32,000 nucleotides of DNA from Pseudomonas aeruginosa (GCF_001457615.1 NZ_LN831024.1:4050001-4082000); one strand, 5' to 3'. Positions 23,456 through 32,000 are shown, counted from the first letter of the stretch. Notes: generated by a model not told the origin, from the sequence alone. Translations and numbers: made by a program.

Positions 23456-25003
23456 TCAACCGGCGAACAGCCGGTAGGCCGGGTTGTGGGTTTCCTCCCA
23501 GTACGGATAGCCGATGGCTTGCAACGCCGCCTCCAGCTCGCCGCGCTCCTCGTCCGGCACCTGCAATCCGGCCAGCACCCGACCGTCGGCGGCGCCGTGG
23601 TTGCGGTAGTGGAACAGGCTGATGTTCCAGCGCGAGCCGAGCTTGTCGAGGAAGTTCAGCAAGGCCCCGGGGCGTTCGGGAAACTCGAAGCGGAACAGCC
23701 GCTCGCGGCGCACCTCGGTACCGTGGCCGCCGACCATGTGGCGGATGTGCAGCTTGGCCATCTCGTTGTCGGTCAGGTCGAGTACCGGGAAGCCCTGCTC
23801 GCGCAGGCCGGCGAGCAGGTCGGCGCGGCTGTCGATGAGCGGATGGGTCTGCACGCCGACGAACAGGTGGGCCTGGCGGTCGCTGTGGTAGCGGTAGTTG
23901 AACTCGGTGATCTGGCGCCGGCCCAGCGCCGCGCAGAAGGCCTTGAAGCTGCCCGGCCGCTCGGCCACGGTGACGGCGATGATCGCTTCGCGCTGTTCGC
24001 CCAGTTCGGCGCGCTCGGCAACGTGGCGCAGGCGGTCGAAGTTGATGTTGGCACCGGAGTCGATGGCCACCAGGGTCTGCCCCTCGGTGCGTTCGCGGGC
24101 CACGTACTTCTTGATCCCCGCTACGGCCAGGGCGCCGGCCGGCTCGGTGATCGAACGGGTGTCGTCGTAGATGTCCTTGATCGCCGCGCAGATTTCGTCG
24201 CTGCCGACGGTGATCACCTCGTCGACATGGTCCTTGCAGACCTCGAAGTTGCAAGCGCCGATCTGCGCCACCGCCACCCCGTCGGCGAACAGCCCGACCT
24301 GGCCCAGCACCACCCGTTCGCCGGCGGCCAGCGCCGCCTGCAGGCAGTTGGAATCCTCCGGCTCGACGCCGATCACGCGAATATCCGGACGCAGGTGCTT
24401 GACGTAGGCGGCGATCCCGGCGATCAGGCTGCCGCCGCCGACCGGCACGAAGATCGCGTCGAGGCGGCCGCTGTGCTGGCGGAGGATCTCCATCGCCACC
24501 GTGCCCTGTCCGGCGATCACGTCCGGATCGTCGTAGGGTGGGACGAAGGTCATGCCTTCGCGCTCGGCCAGTTGCAGGGCATGGGCCAGCGCATCGGGGA
24601 AGGCGTCGCCGTGCAGCAACGCCTCGCCGCCGCGCGCCAGCACGCCCTTGACCTTGAGCTCGGGAGTGGTGCGCGGCATCACGATCACCGCCCGCACGCC
24701 CAGGCGCTGCGCCGCCAGGGCCAGGCCCTGGGCATGGTTGCCGGCGGAGGCGGTGATCACCCCGCGAGCCTTCTGCTCGTCGCTCAGGCGCGCGACACGG
24801 GTGTAGGCGCCGCGGATCTTGAAGGAGAACACCGGCTGCAGGTCCTCGCGCTTGAGCAGCACCCGGTTGCCCAGGCGCTGGGACAACTGCGGCGCGACCT
24901 GCAAGGGGGTTTCCACGGCGACGTCGTACACCGGCGCGGCCAGGATGCTTTCCACGTAGCCGGCCAGCAGGGGTTTGCTTGCGCTGAGGGTCGAGGCGCT
25001 CAT
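23456..25003 (-). CDS. ilvA: Threonine dehydratase (biosynthetic type, IlvA-like, with C-terminal ACT-like domains)
   Basis: LLKREDLQPVFSFKIRGAY PLP-lysine motif, TASAGNHAQGLALAAQRLG, VPVGGGSLIAGIA; C-terminal regulatory region KRRERLFRFEFPERPGALLNFL-like. Likely the second ilvA paralogue (ilvA2) of P. aeruginosa. Confidence 0.93.
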   Translation of the reverse strand: MSASTLSASKPLLAGYVESILAAPVYDVAVETPLQVAPQLSQRLGNRVLLKREDLQPVFSFKIRGAYTRVARLSDEQKARGVITASAGNHAQGLALAAQRLGVRAVIVMPRTTPELKVKGVLARGGEALLHGDAFPDALAHALQLAEREGMTFVPPYDDPDVIAGQGTVAMEILRQHSGRLDAIFVPVGGGSLIAGIAAYVKHLRPDIRVIGVEPEDSNCLQAALAAGERVVLGQVGLFADGVAVAQIGACNFEVCKDHVDEVITVGSDEICAAIKDIYDDTRSITEPAGALAVAGIKKYVARERTEGQTLVAIDSGANINFDRLRHVAERAELGEQREAIIAVTVAERPGSFKAFCAALGRRQITEFNYRYHSDRQAHLFVGVQTHPLIDSRADLLAGLREQGFPVLDLTDNEMAKLHIRHMVGGHGTEVRRERLFRFEFPERPGALLNFLDKLGSRWNISLFHYRNHGAADGRVLAGLQVPDEERGELEAALQAIGYPYWEETHNPAYRLFAG

Positions 25004-25407
25004 CGGCTGGCCTCCGCGCTCGCCGCCACCGAGGCCAGCAGGTCGGTGCCGTAGGAGTTGTCCACCGCGCAGCGCCACTGGCCATCGGCCTCCTGGCGGA
25101 ACACGTAGGTGGCCCGACGTTGCAGGCGTCCGGCCTTCGACTCGATCACCGCCTCGGCCATGACCAGCGCCGTATCTCCCGCCTCGATCACCCGTAGGTC
25201 GTGCTGGCGCACTCGCAGGCTGTGCTCGAAGTGCCGGGCGATGGCGTCGAACGCCTGGCGGATCTGCGCCTTGCCGCAGGCGTTGAGGCCCGGCTTGACC
25301 ACCAGGGTGGCGTCGTCGCAGTAGAAATCCATCAGGGCATCGAACTGCCCGGCATTGATCAGGGCGTCGGCCCGGCCAACGAGGTTCTGGAGGGTCTGGT
25401 GCTGCAT
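25000..25407 (-). CDS. SnoaL-like (NTF2-like fold) protein, translationally overlapping ilvA
   Basis: LVGRADALINAGQFDALMDFYCDDATLVVKPGLNACGKAQIRQAFDAIARHF…; SD GGGAG; stop overlaps the ilvA ATG (ATGA). Confidence 0.88.
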   Translation of the reverse strand: MQHQTLQNLVGRADALINAGQFDALMDFYCDDATLVVKPGLNACGKAQIRQAFDAIARHFEHSLRVRQHDLRVIEAGDTALVMAEAVIESKAGRLQRRATYVFRQEADGQWRCAVDNSYGTDLLASVAASAEASR

Positions 25408-25452
25408 GCTGTTCTCCCGGTTCGGTGGTTTTGGCCCAGGAGACAGAACGAA

Positions 25453-25475
25453 GAACCCGCCTCGAGGGCGGGTTC
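25453..25475 (-). terminator. Putative attenuator terminator upstream of the SnoaL-like/ilvA operon
   Basis: Perfect 9-bp stem GAACCCGCC-(ctcga)-GGCGGGTTC followed on the minus strand by TTCGTTCTGTCT. Confidence 0.65.
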
Positions 25476-25489
25476 GGAGTGGACGCTGG

Positions 25490-25555
25490 CTAACCCGCCA
25501 TAGCTGGAATGGCGGTAATAATGCTGCGGCGGGTAAGCAGGGTCGCGAAGGTCAT
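25490..25555 (-). CDS. Candidate attenuation leader peptide MTFATLLTRRSIITAIPAMAG
   Basis: 21-codon ORF with 4 Thr and 3 Ile codons; its end carries a segment complementary to the downstream terminator's 5' arm; promoter immediately upstream; no SD. Confidence 0.65.
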   Translation of the reverse strand: MTFATLLTRRSIITAIPAMAG

Positions 25556-25563
25556 GGGTATCG

Positions 25564-25593
25564 AAACTACGGCGCAGGCCCGTTGGCTGTCAA
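25564..25593 (-). promoter_or_regulatory. Sigma70-type promoter for the leader / SnoaL-like / ilvA operon
   Basis: TTGACA (25593-25588), 18-nt spacer, TAGTTT (25569-25564); predicted TSS within a few nt of the leader ATG. Confidence 0.55.
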
Positions 25594-25615
25594 GCGGTCC
25601 GGCCGCGCCGGCAGG

Positions 25616-25646
25616 AAAAAGCCCCTGCCGCGATGGCAGGGGCTTG
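25616..25646 (-). terminator. Rho-independent terminator downstream of the PA1324-like gene
   Basis: GCCCCTGCC-atcgc-GGCAGGGGC followed by TTTTT on the minus strand. Confidence 0.85.
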
Positions 25647-25672
25647 CCGTTTTGGCCGAACACCGCCGGAGG

Positions 25673-26185
25673 TCAGCGGGTCAGCAGCACCTTCTGCGGC
25701 TGCGAGCCGCTCACGGTGACCAGCTTGGTGACGGTGCCGCCCTCGGTGATGGTCTTGCCATCGCTCTGGGCGCTCCAAGTCAGCTCGCTGGAAATGTAGT
25801 AGGTGCCGTTGGGGATGTGGTCGAAGTCGAAGCGACCGTTCTGGTCGGTGGTCGCCTCGCGCACGTAGGTGGCGCGTCGCGGGTCGAGCACCGGCGGTTG
25901 CACGTCGGGATCGCGCTTGGCGGCATCGAGGTTACCGAACTTCGCGTAGTAGGCCTTCATGTAGCTGGTCGCAGGCTCCAGGGTGACCTTGGTGTTGGTC
26001 CCCTTCTGGATCGCACCCGACGCGCTGGTCAGGTACAGGTCGCCGTTGATCACGCCCTCTCCCACCTGCTGGGTCGCCGCGTATTCATGCTCCGGGAAAT
26101 CCGGCAGGTCGTTGGGATTGGAGGCGCAGGCCGCCAGGGCCGCGGTCATGGCCAGGAGGCCGAGGTTCTTCTTGATCGAAAGCAT
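25673..26185 (-). CDS. PA1324-like secreted/lipoprotein with SdrD-like beta-sandwich fold
   Basis: MLSIKKNLGLLAMTAALAACASNP lipobox; TDQNGRFDFDHIPNGTYYISSEL Cna-B-like repeat character. Confidence 0.85.
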   Translation of the reverse strand: MLSIKKNLGLLAMTAALAACASNPNDLPDFPEHEYAATQQVGEGVINGDLYLTSASGAIQKGTNTKVTLEPATSYMKAYYAKFGNLDAAKRDPDVQPPVLDPRRATYVREATTDQNGRFDFDHIPNGTYYISSELTWSAQSDGKTITEGGTVTKLVTVSGSQPQKVLLTR

Positions 26186-26244
26186 GGGCAATTCCTTTTT
26201 TCAAGCGAAGGTAACGAGTCCGTTGTGCGGCACCGACCGCGTGC

Positions 26245-26577
26245 TCAGGAGCGACGCCCGAGCAGGAAGCCGGCGAGCAGGCCCACCGCGGTGGTGATGG
26301 CCACGGTCTGCCAGGGATTGGCGCCGATATAGCTTTCCGTCGCATCCACCGCGTGGCGGCTGCGTTCGGCCACGGCGCTACCGCCCTTGCCGAGGGCATC
26401 GTTGGCCTTCTCCAGCAGCGCGCCGATCCGCGCACGGGCGCTATCGGCCTTGTCGCCGGCGAAGGCGGCGCTGTCGGCGAGCATGCTGTTGGCTTCGGAG
26501 AGCAGTTCCTGCAGCTCGCTGTAGCTCTGGTGCTGAATCTGCTCGAGGTTGTCTTTCACTGCGTTCTTGCGTGCCAT
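26245..26577 (-). CDS. ElaB/YqjD/DUF883-family membrane-anchored protein
   Basis: Helical N-terminal region and C-terminal 'ESYIGANPWQTVAITTAVGLLAGFLLGRRS'. Confidence 0.92.
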   Translation of the reverse strand: MARKNAVKDNLEQIQHQSYSELQELLSEANSMLADSAAFAGDKADSARARIGALLEKANDALGKGGSAVAERSRHAVDATESYIGANPWQTVAITTAVGLLAGFLLGRRS

Positions 26578-26611
26578 CGAAGAGGCTCCCTGAAAAATGA
26601 CTTGCAAAGGA

Positions 26612-26639
26612 GTTGATAGGCGCCGCAGTGAAAAAGTTC
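26612..26639 (-). promoter_or_regulatory. AlgU/RpoE-like promoter for the DUF883/PA1324-like genes
   Basis: Minus strand GAACTT (26639-26634), 17-nt spacer, TCAAC (26616-26612). Confidence 0.5.
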
Positions 26640-26705
26640 AGAGGAAATCGCCGGGAAGAACCGGCGCCCAGGCAGTGAGCGCCGGCTTCCATGGCCTGCC
26701 TGCCG

Positions 26706-28904
26706 TCAGAACGCGTAGATCGCCGAAAGAATCGCCGTGCGACCGTCGCCATACTCGATGGCCGAGGAGCGCGACTGGTTGCCGTACACCTGGCGCACCC
26801 GCTCGACGTAGGCCTTGTCGAACAGGTTGTCGAGGTTGAGTTGCAGTTTCAGGTCGCGCGTCGCCTGGTAGCCGAGCATCATGTTGTGCACCCAGTAGGC
26901 ATCCAGCTTGCCGTTGTCCACCGAGGTGACGTTGCGCTGGCTGACGTAGCGTGCGCCATAGCCCAGGGTCACGCCCTCGGGCAGTTCGTAGGTGCTCCAG
27001 AGGCTCAACGAGCGCGGCGGGGTATTGCCCAGGGCCTGTCCCTCACGCTGCGGGTTGCTGGATTTCAGGGTTTCGCTGTCGAGGTAGGTGTAGGTGGCGA
27101 AGAGGTCCCAGTGCTCGTTCAGCTTGCCGCTGGCGCTCAGCTCCAGGCCACGCACGCGCTGTTCGCCGGCAAGCACGTAGCTGCCGTCGGCCAGGCGTTC
27201 GCGAGCGTCTTCCTTCTTCACCTGGAACAGCGCCGCGTCCAGCTCCAGGCGCCGTCCGAGGAACTCCCACTTGGTGCCCAGCTCGTAGGTACTGTTCTTC
27301 TCCGGCGCCAGGCCTCCGGTCGCCTCGGTCACGCCCGAGCCGGTAGTGACCAGGTGTTCCGCCGAGGGGTTGAAGGAGGTGCCGTAGGAGAAGTACAGCC
27401 GCCCGTTCTCCAGCGGCTTGAATACCAGCCCCGCCCGAGTGCTCAGCTTGCCGTCGGAACTGTCGGCGCGCACCGTCGGCTTGCCTGAGGGCGTGCTCCG
27501 CGAGGTGCCGTCGATCCAGTCGTAGCGCAGGCCCAGGCTGAGGTCCCAGCGCTCGTCCAGGGCGATGGTGTCGAAGGCGTACAGCGCCTTGACCTCCAGT
27601 TCGGTCCGGTTGCGCGCGCTGTCGCGCTTGTCGGTGGGGCCGTTCCAGTAGCCCGGCGGGTTGTGCAGGTCGAAGCCGTTGGCCGGGTAGAACTTGCCCA
27701 GGTTGTAGGAGTAGGTGGTGCGGTCGTAGGTCTCGCGGGACAGCTCGAAGCCGCCGATCAGCGTATGCGCCAGGCCGAAGGTATCGAAGCGGCCGGTGAG
27801 GTTGGTCTGGTTGATCCACATCCGCGTCTTCGAATCGCGCCCGTAGGCTTGCGGTCCCGCCGGCAGGTAGCGACCCGGCGGCAGGCCCTTCTGGTTGACG
27901 TGGGAGGCGGAGATCACCGTGTCCCGATGCAGGTGGGAATAGCGGATGAGGTTCTGCAACTGGAAGTCGTCGCTGAAATCGTGTTCGAGCTTGAGGGTGG
28001 CGACGTCGTTGTCGATCCGTTCCTCGTCCAGGTTGCGCCAGCCGAAATAATCGTGGCGGCTGACGCCGTCCAGCTTGCGCCCGTTCAGCGCCGGCACGCC
28101 ATAGTCGGGAAGGTTGTCGTCGCGCTGGTGGAAGTAGCTCAGGGTCAGGCGGGTCGGGGTGTCCAGGCCGAAGGTCAGGGATGGCGCGATGCCCCAGCGC
28201 TGCTTGTCGATCTGTTCGCGCCCGGCGACGTCGTTGTGGTGGGCCATGAGGTTGAGGCGGAAGGCGGTCGATTCGCCAAGCCCTTCCAGCGGCTGGTTGG
28301 TGTCCAGGGTCAGGCGCCGGTAGCGGTCCGTGCCCAACCCGGCGCCCAGGTGGGTGAAGGCTTCGGCCTTGGGCTGCTTGCTGACCATGTTGATGCTGCC
28401 GCCGCTGGTGCCGGCGCCGCCGAACACCGAGTTCGGTCCCTTGATCACTTCCACCGCCTCCAGGTTGAACAGGTCGCTGCGGCTGGTCTGGGCGCTGTCG
28501 CGCAGCCCGTCCACCTGCATGTTGGCGTTGGCGCTGAAGCCGCGGATGTTGATGCTGTCGCCGGAACCGCCGCCGCCCTCGCCGGCGTTGAAGGTGATGC
28601 CGGAGACGTTGGACAGCACCTGGCGCAGGCTCAGGGCGTTCTGCTCCTGGATCACCTTTTGCGGCACCACCGTGACGGTCTGCGGGGTATCCAGCAGCGG
28701 CACGGCGTACTTGGCCGAGGCCGAGCGTTCGACCCTGGACGAGGCCTGCTCGCCGGTGACCGTGTCGGCTCCCAGTTCCAGGGGATCGTCCTTGCGCGCC
28801 GCGTCCTCGGCCAGGGCCGGCGAGGAGCAGGCGGCCATCAGCAGCATCAGCGGCGCCAGCGGGCGTTTGGTGGGCAAGGGGGACGGCTCGTTGCGACGAT
28901 CCAT
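26706..28904 (-). CDS. pfuA: TonB-dependent siderophore receptor (PfuA/Fiu-like)
   Basis: Signal peptide; plug VVPQKVIQEQNALSLRQVLSNVSGITF, NIRGFSANANMQVDGLRD, VEVIKGPNSVFGGAGTSGGSINMVSKQP; C-terminal AIYAF-like aromatic end. Start placed at the second ATG (28904), which has a well-spaced GGAG; the ORF extends to ATG 28916. Confidence 0.9.
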   Translation of the reverse strand: MDRRNEPSPLPTKRPLAPLMLLMAACSSPALAEDAARKDDPLELGADTVTGEQASSRVERSASAKYAVPLLDTPQTVTVVPQKVIQEQNALSLRQVLSNVSGITFNAGEGGGGSGDSINIRGFSANANMQVDGLRDSAQTSRSDLFNLEAVEVIKGPNSVFGGAGTSGGSINMVSKQPKAEAFTHLGAGLGTDRYRRLTLDTNQPLEGLGESTAFRLNLMAHHNDVAGREQIDKQRWGIAPSLTFGLDTPTRLTLSYFHQRDDNLPDYGVPALNGRKLDGVSRHDYFGWRNLDEERIDNDVATLKLEHDFSDDFQLQNLIRYSHLHRDTVISASHVNQKGLPPGRYLPAGPQAYGRDSKTRMWINQTNLTGRFDTFGLAHTLIGGFELSRETYDRTTYSYNLGKFYPANGFDLHNPPGYWNGPTDKRDSARNRTELEVKALYAFDTIALDERWDLSLGLRYDWIDGTSRSTPSGKPTVRADSSDGKLSTRAGLVFKPLENGRLYFSYGTSFNPSAEHLVTTGSGVTEATGGLAPEKNSTYELGTKWEFLGRRLELDAALFQVKKEDARERLADGSYVLAGEQRVRGLELSASGKLNEHWDLFATYTYLDSETLKSSNPQREGQALGNTPPRSLSLWSTYELPEGVTLGYGARYVSQRNVTSVDNGKLDAYWVHNMMLGYQATRDLKLQLNLDNLFDKAYVERVRQVYGNQSRSSAIEYGDGRTAILSAIYAF

Positions 28905-28920
28905 GAAGTACTCCATCTTG

Positions 28921-28939
28921 GTTATTGAGAATCATTGGC
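28921..28939. promoter_or_regulatory. Fur box upstream of the TonB-dependent receptor
   Basis: GTTATTGAGAATCATTGGC matches GATAATGATAATCATTATC at 14/19 positions by eye. Confidence 0.7.
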
Positions 28940-29095
28940 ATTTGATTGATGGAGGGTTTTTTCCACAAGCCGGACAGCTCCGAAAAAGCTCCCGGAAAAA
29001 TCTGATAACCAACGGCAGAGTCCCGGAACAGAGGGCTCGCCGCGCGGCCCTTCTGCCAGGCGGCGACCGCATCCCTGCCATCGCGCAGACAAAAA

Positions 29096-29125
29096 AAAGC
29101 CCCGCCAATCGACCGGCGGGGCTTT
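29096..29125. terminator. Rho-independent terminator ending the cyo operon (minus strand)
   Basis: GCCCCGCC-(8 nt)-GGCGGGGC, with TTTTTTTT following on the minus strand. Confidence 0.88.
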
Positions 29126-29142
29126 CCCTAAAGCGTGTCGCC

Positions 29143-30033
29143 TCAGAACAGCGAGGCGACCAGATGAGTGGCGGGCGCCACCTGGAAGTCGATGGACATC
29201 ATCACGCTCAGCGCGGTGATGGCGACGATGGAGAAGGCGAACAGCTTGCGCGCCCAGACCCGGTCGTCGGCGGTCCAGTAGCCGGTCAGGGCGATGGCCA
29301 GCCACCACAGGCTCACCGCCACCGCCACCAGCAGGTAGCCGTAGCCGGCGTAGCCGCCCAGGCACAAGGCGAGGGTCGCCGCCATGAAAGCGAGGATGTA
29401 GAGCACGATGTGGATCTTGGTCACCGCGATGCCGCGCGCCACCGGCAGCACCGGGATGCCGGCCGCCTCGTAGTCCTTCAGGCGGAAGATGGCGATGGCA
29501 TAGGAGTGCGGCATCTGCCACAGGCAGAAGATCGCCAGCAGCGAGGCGGCTCCGGCGTCGAACTGGCCGCTCACCGCGCAGTAGCCGACCACCGGCGGCA
29601 TCGCCCCGGAGAGGCTGCCGACCAGCGTGCCGTACTGCGAACGACGCTTGAACCACAGGCTGTACAGGCCGACGTAGACGAAGTAGCCGAAGCCGGCCAG
29701 CGCGGTGGTCAGCGGGTTGGTCCACCACCACAGCAGGCCGAAGCCGGCGACCCCGAGGACCAGGCCGTGGGCCAGGGCAGCCTTCAGCGAGATCTGCCCG
29801 GTCACGGTGACCCGCCCGCGGGTCCGCTCCATGTGCCGGTCGATGTCGCGGTCGATGCAGTTGTTCAGCACGCACCCACTGGCGACCACCAGCGACAGGC
29901 CGATGACCGTGGCCAGCAACAGCATCGGCTCGACGCTGCCGCGGGCGGCGAGGAAGTATCCCCCCGCCACCGCGATCAGGTTGCCGAAGATGATTCCCGG
30001 CTTGGCCACCAGGAGATAGCGTTTCAGCTTCAC
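29143..30033 (-). CDS. cyoE: Protoheme IX farnesyltransferase (heme O synthase)
   Basis: UbiA-type [18 protein letters not shown] motif; gene order. Confidence 0.97.
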   Translation of the reverse strand: MKLKRYLLVAKPGIIFGNLIAVAGGYFLAARGSVEPMLLLATVIGLSLVVASGCVLNNCIDRDIDRHMERTRGRVTVTGQISLKAALAHGLVLGVAGFGLLWWWTNPLTTALAGFGYFVYVGLYSLWFKRRSQYGTLVGSLSGAMPPVVGYCAVSGQFDAGAASLLAIFCLWQMPHSYAIAIFRLKDYEAAGIPVLPVARGIAVTKIHIVLYILAFMAATLALCLGGYAGYGYLLVAVAVSLWWLAIALTGYWTADDRVWARKLFAFSIVAITALSVMMSIDFQVAPATHLVASLF

Positions 30034-30043
30034 GTCATGGCCC

Positions 30044-30379
30044 TCAGGGCATCGGCATCATCAGCATGTCGGCGCTGAAGATGATCCACAGCGAGAGACC
30101 GACCACCAGCAGGATGACGATCACCGTGAAGATGAACGCCATCACGTTCCAGCGCCCTTCCGACGACATGTTCATGTGCAGGAAGCAGATCAGGTGCACC
30201 ACCACCTGCACCAGGCCGAGGACGACCATGGTGAGGATGGTCGCGTGGCGCGAGAAGCCGCCGTCCATGACCATGTAGAACGGGATCGCGGTGAGGATCA
30301 CCGAGAGCACGAAGCCGATCGCGTAGGAACCCAGGCTGCCGTGGCCGGCGCCGTGGTTGTCGTGTGCAGCGCTGCTCAT
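30044..30379 (-). CDS. cyoD: Cytochrome bo3 ubiquinol oxidase subunit IV
   Basis: Three-TM subunit IV sequence ([16 protein letters not shown]…[20 protein letters not shown]). Confidence 0.96.
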   Translation of the reverse strand: MSSAAHDNHGAGHGSLGSYAIGFVLSVILTAIPFYMVMDGGFSRHATILTMVVLGLVQVVVHLICFLHMNMSSEGRWNVMAFIFTVIVILLVVGLSLWIIFSADMLMMPMP

Positions 30380-31008
30380 TACAGGGCCCCCATCAGGTAG
30401 ACGACGGTGAAGACGCAGATCCAGACGATGTCGAGGAAGTGCCAGAACAGGCTCAGGCACATCATCCGGGTGTTGTTCTGCGCGGTGAGGCCGCGGGTCC
30501 AGATCTGCGCCATCAGCACCAGCATCCACAGCAGACCGGCGCTGACGTGCAGGCCGTGCATGCCGACCAGGGTGAAGAAGGACGACAGGAAGGCGCTTCG
30601 GCTCGGGCCGAAACCTTCGGCGATCAGGTGGTGGAACTCGTTGATCTCCATCCCGATGAACGCGGCGCCGAGCAGGAAGGTGACCCCGAGCCAGGCGATC
30701 GCCTGGCCCTTGGCGCCCTTGTGCGCAGAGAGCATGGCCAGGCCGTAGGTGCAGCTGGAAACCAGCAGGATGGCGGTTTCCACCAGCACGTAGGGCAGCT
30801 CGAAGATGTCCTTGCCGCTGGGGCCGCCGGCGGTGTGGTGAACCAGCACCGCGTAGGTGGCGAAGACGCTGGCGAACAGCACGCAGTCGGTCATCAGGTA
30901 GAGCCAGAAACCGAATACGGTGTTGCCGCCGCTATCGTGTGCATGATCGTGGTCGTGGCCCACTTCGTGGGCGTCGGCCAGATGCTTGTTCAATACTGCC
31001 GTCGACAT
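30379..31008 (-). CDS. cyoC: Cytochrome bo3 ubiquinol oxidase subunit III
   Basis: [24 protein letters not shown]; [20 protein letters not shown]. Confidence 0.97.
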   Translation of the reverse strand: MSTAVLNKHLADAHEVGHDHDHAHDSGGNTVFGFWLYLMTDCVLFASVFATYAVLVHHTAGGPSGKDIFELPYVLVETAILLVSSCTYGLAMLSAHKGAKGQAIAWLGVTFLLGAAFIGMEINEFHHLIAEGFGPSRSAFLSSFFTLVGMHGLHVSAGLLWMLVLMAQIWTRGLTAQNNTRMMCLSLFWHFLDIVWICVFTVVYLMGAL

Positions 31009-31011
31009 GGT

Positions 31012-32000
31012 TCAGACCTGCTTGGCGAGTTGCTGGAAACGGGCGCTTTCGATCTTCTCGATCTCTTCGGGCTGGACGTAGTAGTCGACGTCCTGGTTGT
31101 AGCTGCGCACGATGAAGGAGCCGATCATGCCGACGAAGCCGACCGCCATGAGCCACCAGATATGCCAGATGGCGGCGAAGCCGAAGACGAAGGCGAACAC
31201 GGCGATGGAGAAGCCCGCGGCGGTGTTCTTCGGCATGTGGATCGGCTGGTAGGCCGGCAGCTTGCGGTAGGCGGTGCCGGCCTTCTTCATGTCGTGGAAG
31301 GCATCCACGTCCTGTACCTTCGGCAGCTCGGCGAAGTTGTAGAACGGCGGCGGCGAGGAAGTGGCCCATTCCAGGGTGCGGCCTTCCCACGGGTCGCCAT
31401 TGACGTCGGCCAGTTGCTTGCGGTTGCGGACCGAGACGAACAGCTGGATCAGTTGGCAGGCGATGCCGCAGAAGATCAGCACGGCGCCGAAGAACGCGAC
31501 CACCAGGTAGGGCTTCCACAGCGGGTTGTCGTAGTGGTTCAGGCGACGGGTCATGCCCATGAAGCCGAGGATGTAGAGCGGCATGAAGGCCATGTAGAAG
31601 CCCACCAGCCAGCACCAGAAGGAGCGCTTGCCCCACTTCTCGTCGAGGGTGAAGCCGAACGCTTTCGGGAACCAGAAGGCGAAGCCGGCCAGGTAGCCGA
31701 ACACCGCGCCGCCGATGATGGTGTTGTGGAAGTGGGCGATCAGGAACAGGCTGTTGTGCAGCAGGAAGTCCGCGCCCGGGATGGCCAGCAGGACGCCGGT
31801 CATGCCGCCGATGGTGAAGGTCACCATGAAGCCCAGGGTCCACAGGATCGGCGTGCTGAAGCGCAGGCGGCCCTTGTAGATGGTGAACAGCCAGTTGAAC
31901 AGCTTCACCCCGGTGGGGATCGAGATCAGCATGGTGGCCACGCCGAAGAAGCCGTTGACGTCACCGCCCGAACCCATGGTGAAGAAGTGGTGCAGCCACA
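31012..32000 (-). CDS. cyoB: Cytochrome bo3 ubiquinol oxidase subunit I, C-terminal part (5' end outside the window)
   Basis: Heme-copper oxidase helices ([45 protein letters not shown]); open through the window edge. Confidence 0.97.

Noticed and set aside
23417-25054. 545-aa plus-strand ORF opposite ilvA
   Set aside because: Mirror frame of the threonine dehydratase gene; no recognisable domain.
25509-25799. Plus-strand 96-aa ORF overlapping the attenuator region
   Set aside because: Overlaps two minus-strand hairpins and the 3' end of the PA1324-like gene, with no SD; the minus-strand leader interpretation explains the sequence better.
27663-30078. Long plus-strand ORFs opposite the TonB receptor and cyoE (421 and 582 aa)
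   Set aside because: They span unrelated minus-strand genes with clear homology and have shadow composition.

Overview
High-GC (~67%) chromosomal window with gene order and protein content typical of Pseudomonas aeruginosa. No mobile element, CRISPR array or rRNA/tRNA was recognised. Left to right: an unusual Orn/Lys/Arg-decarboxylase-like protein that appears to lack the PLP catalytic domain, convergent with a RimK-like ATP-grasp protein; an SDR; a PagP-type lipid A palmitoyltransferase gene preceded by a 5-copy hexamer array phased at 11 nt; the acidic amino acid uptake/utilisation cluster aatJQMP-ggt-ansB-aauSR with a sigma54 promoter and an AauR-type palindrome; an OYE-family oxidoreductase; a small lipoprotein; a SAM methyltransferase; a TerC/CBS/CorC membrane protein; an SDR + GlcG/HbpS-like pair divergent from a LysR regulator; a trypsin-like protease fused to a DNA/RNA non-specific nuclease; a SnoaL-like gene + threonine dehydratase (ilvA-like) operon; a PA1324-type lipoprotein and an ElaB/YqjD-type protein; a Fur-box-associated TonB-dependent siderophore receptor; and the 3' part of a cytochrome bo3 operon (cyoBCDE). 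The most notable unannotated signal is a complete-looking transcription-attenuation leader upstream of the SnoaL/ilvA operon (minus strand, 25453-25593). It has a TTGACA promoter, a possibly leaderless Thr/Ile-rich peptide MTFATLLTRRSIITAIPAMAG*, and mutually exclusive pause, antiterminator and terminator pairings. All assignments come from reading the sequence and remembered family motifs; no searches were run.
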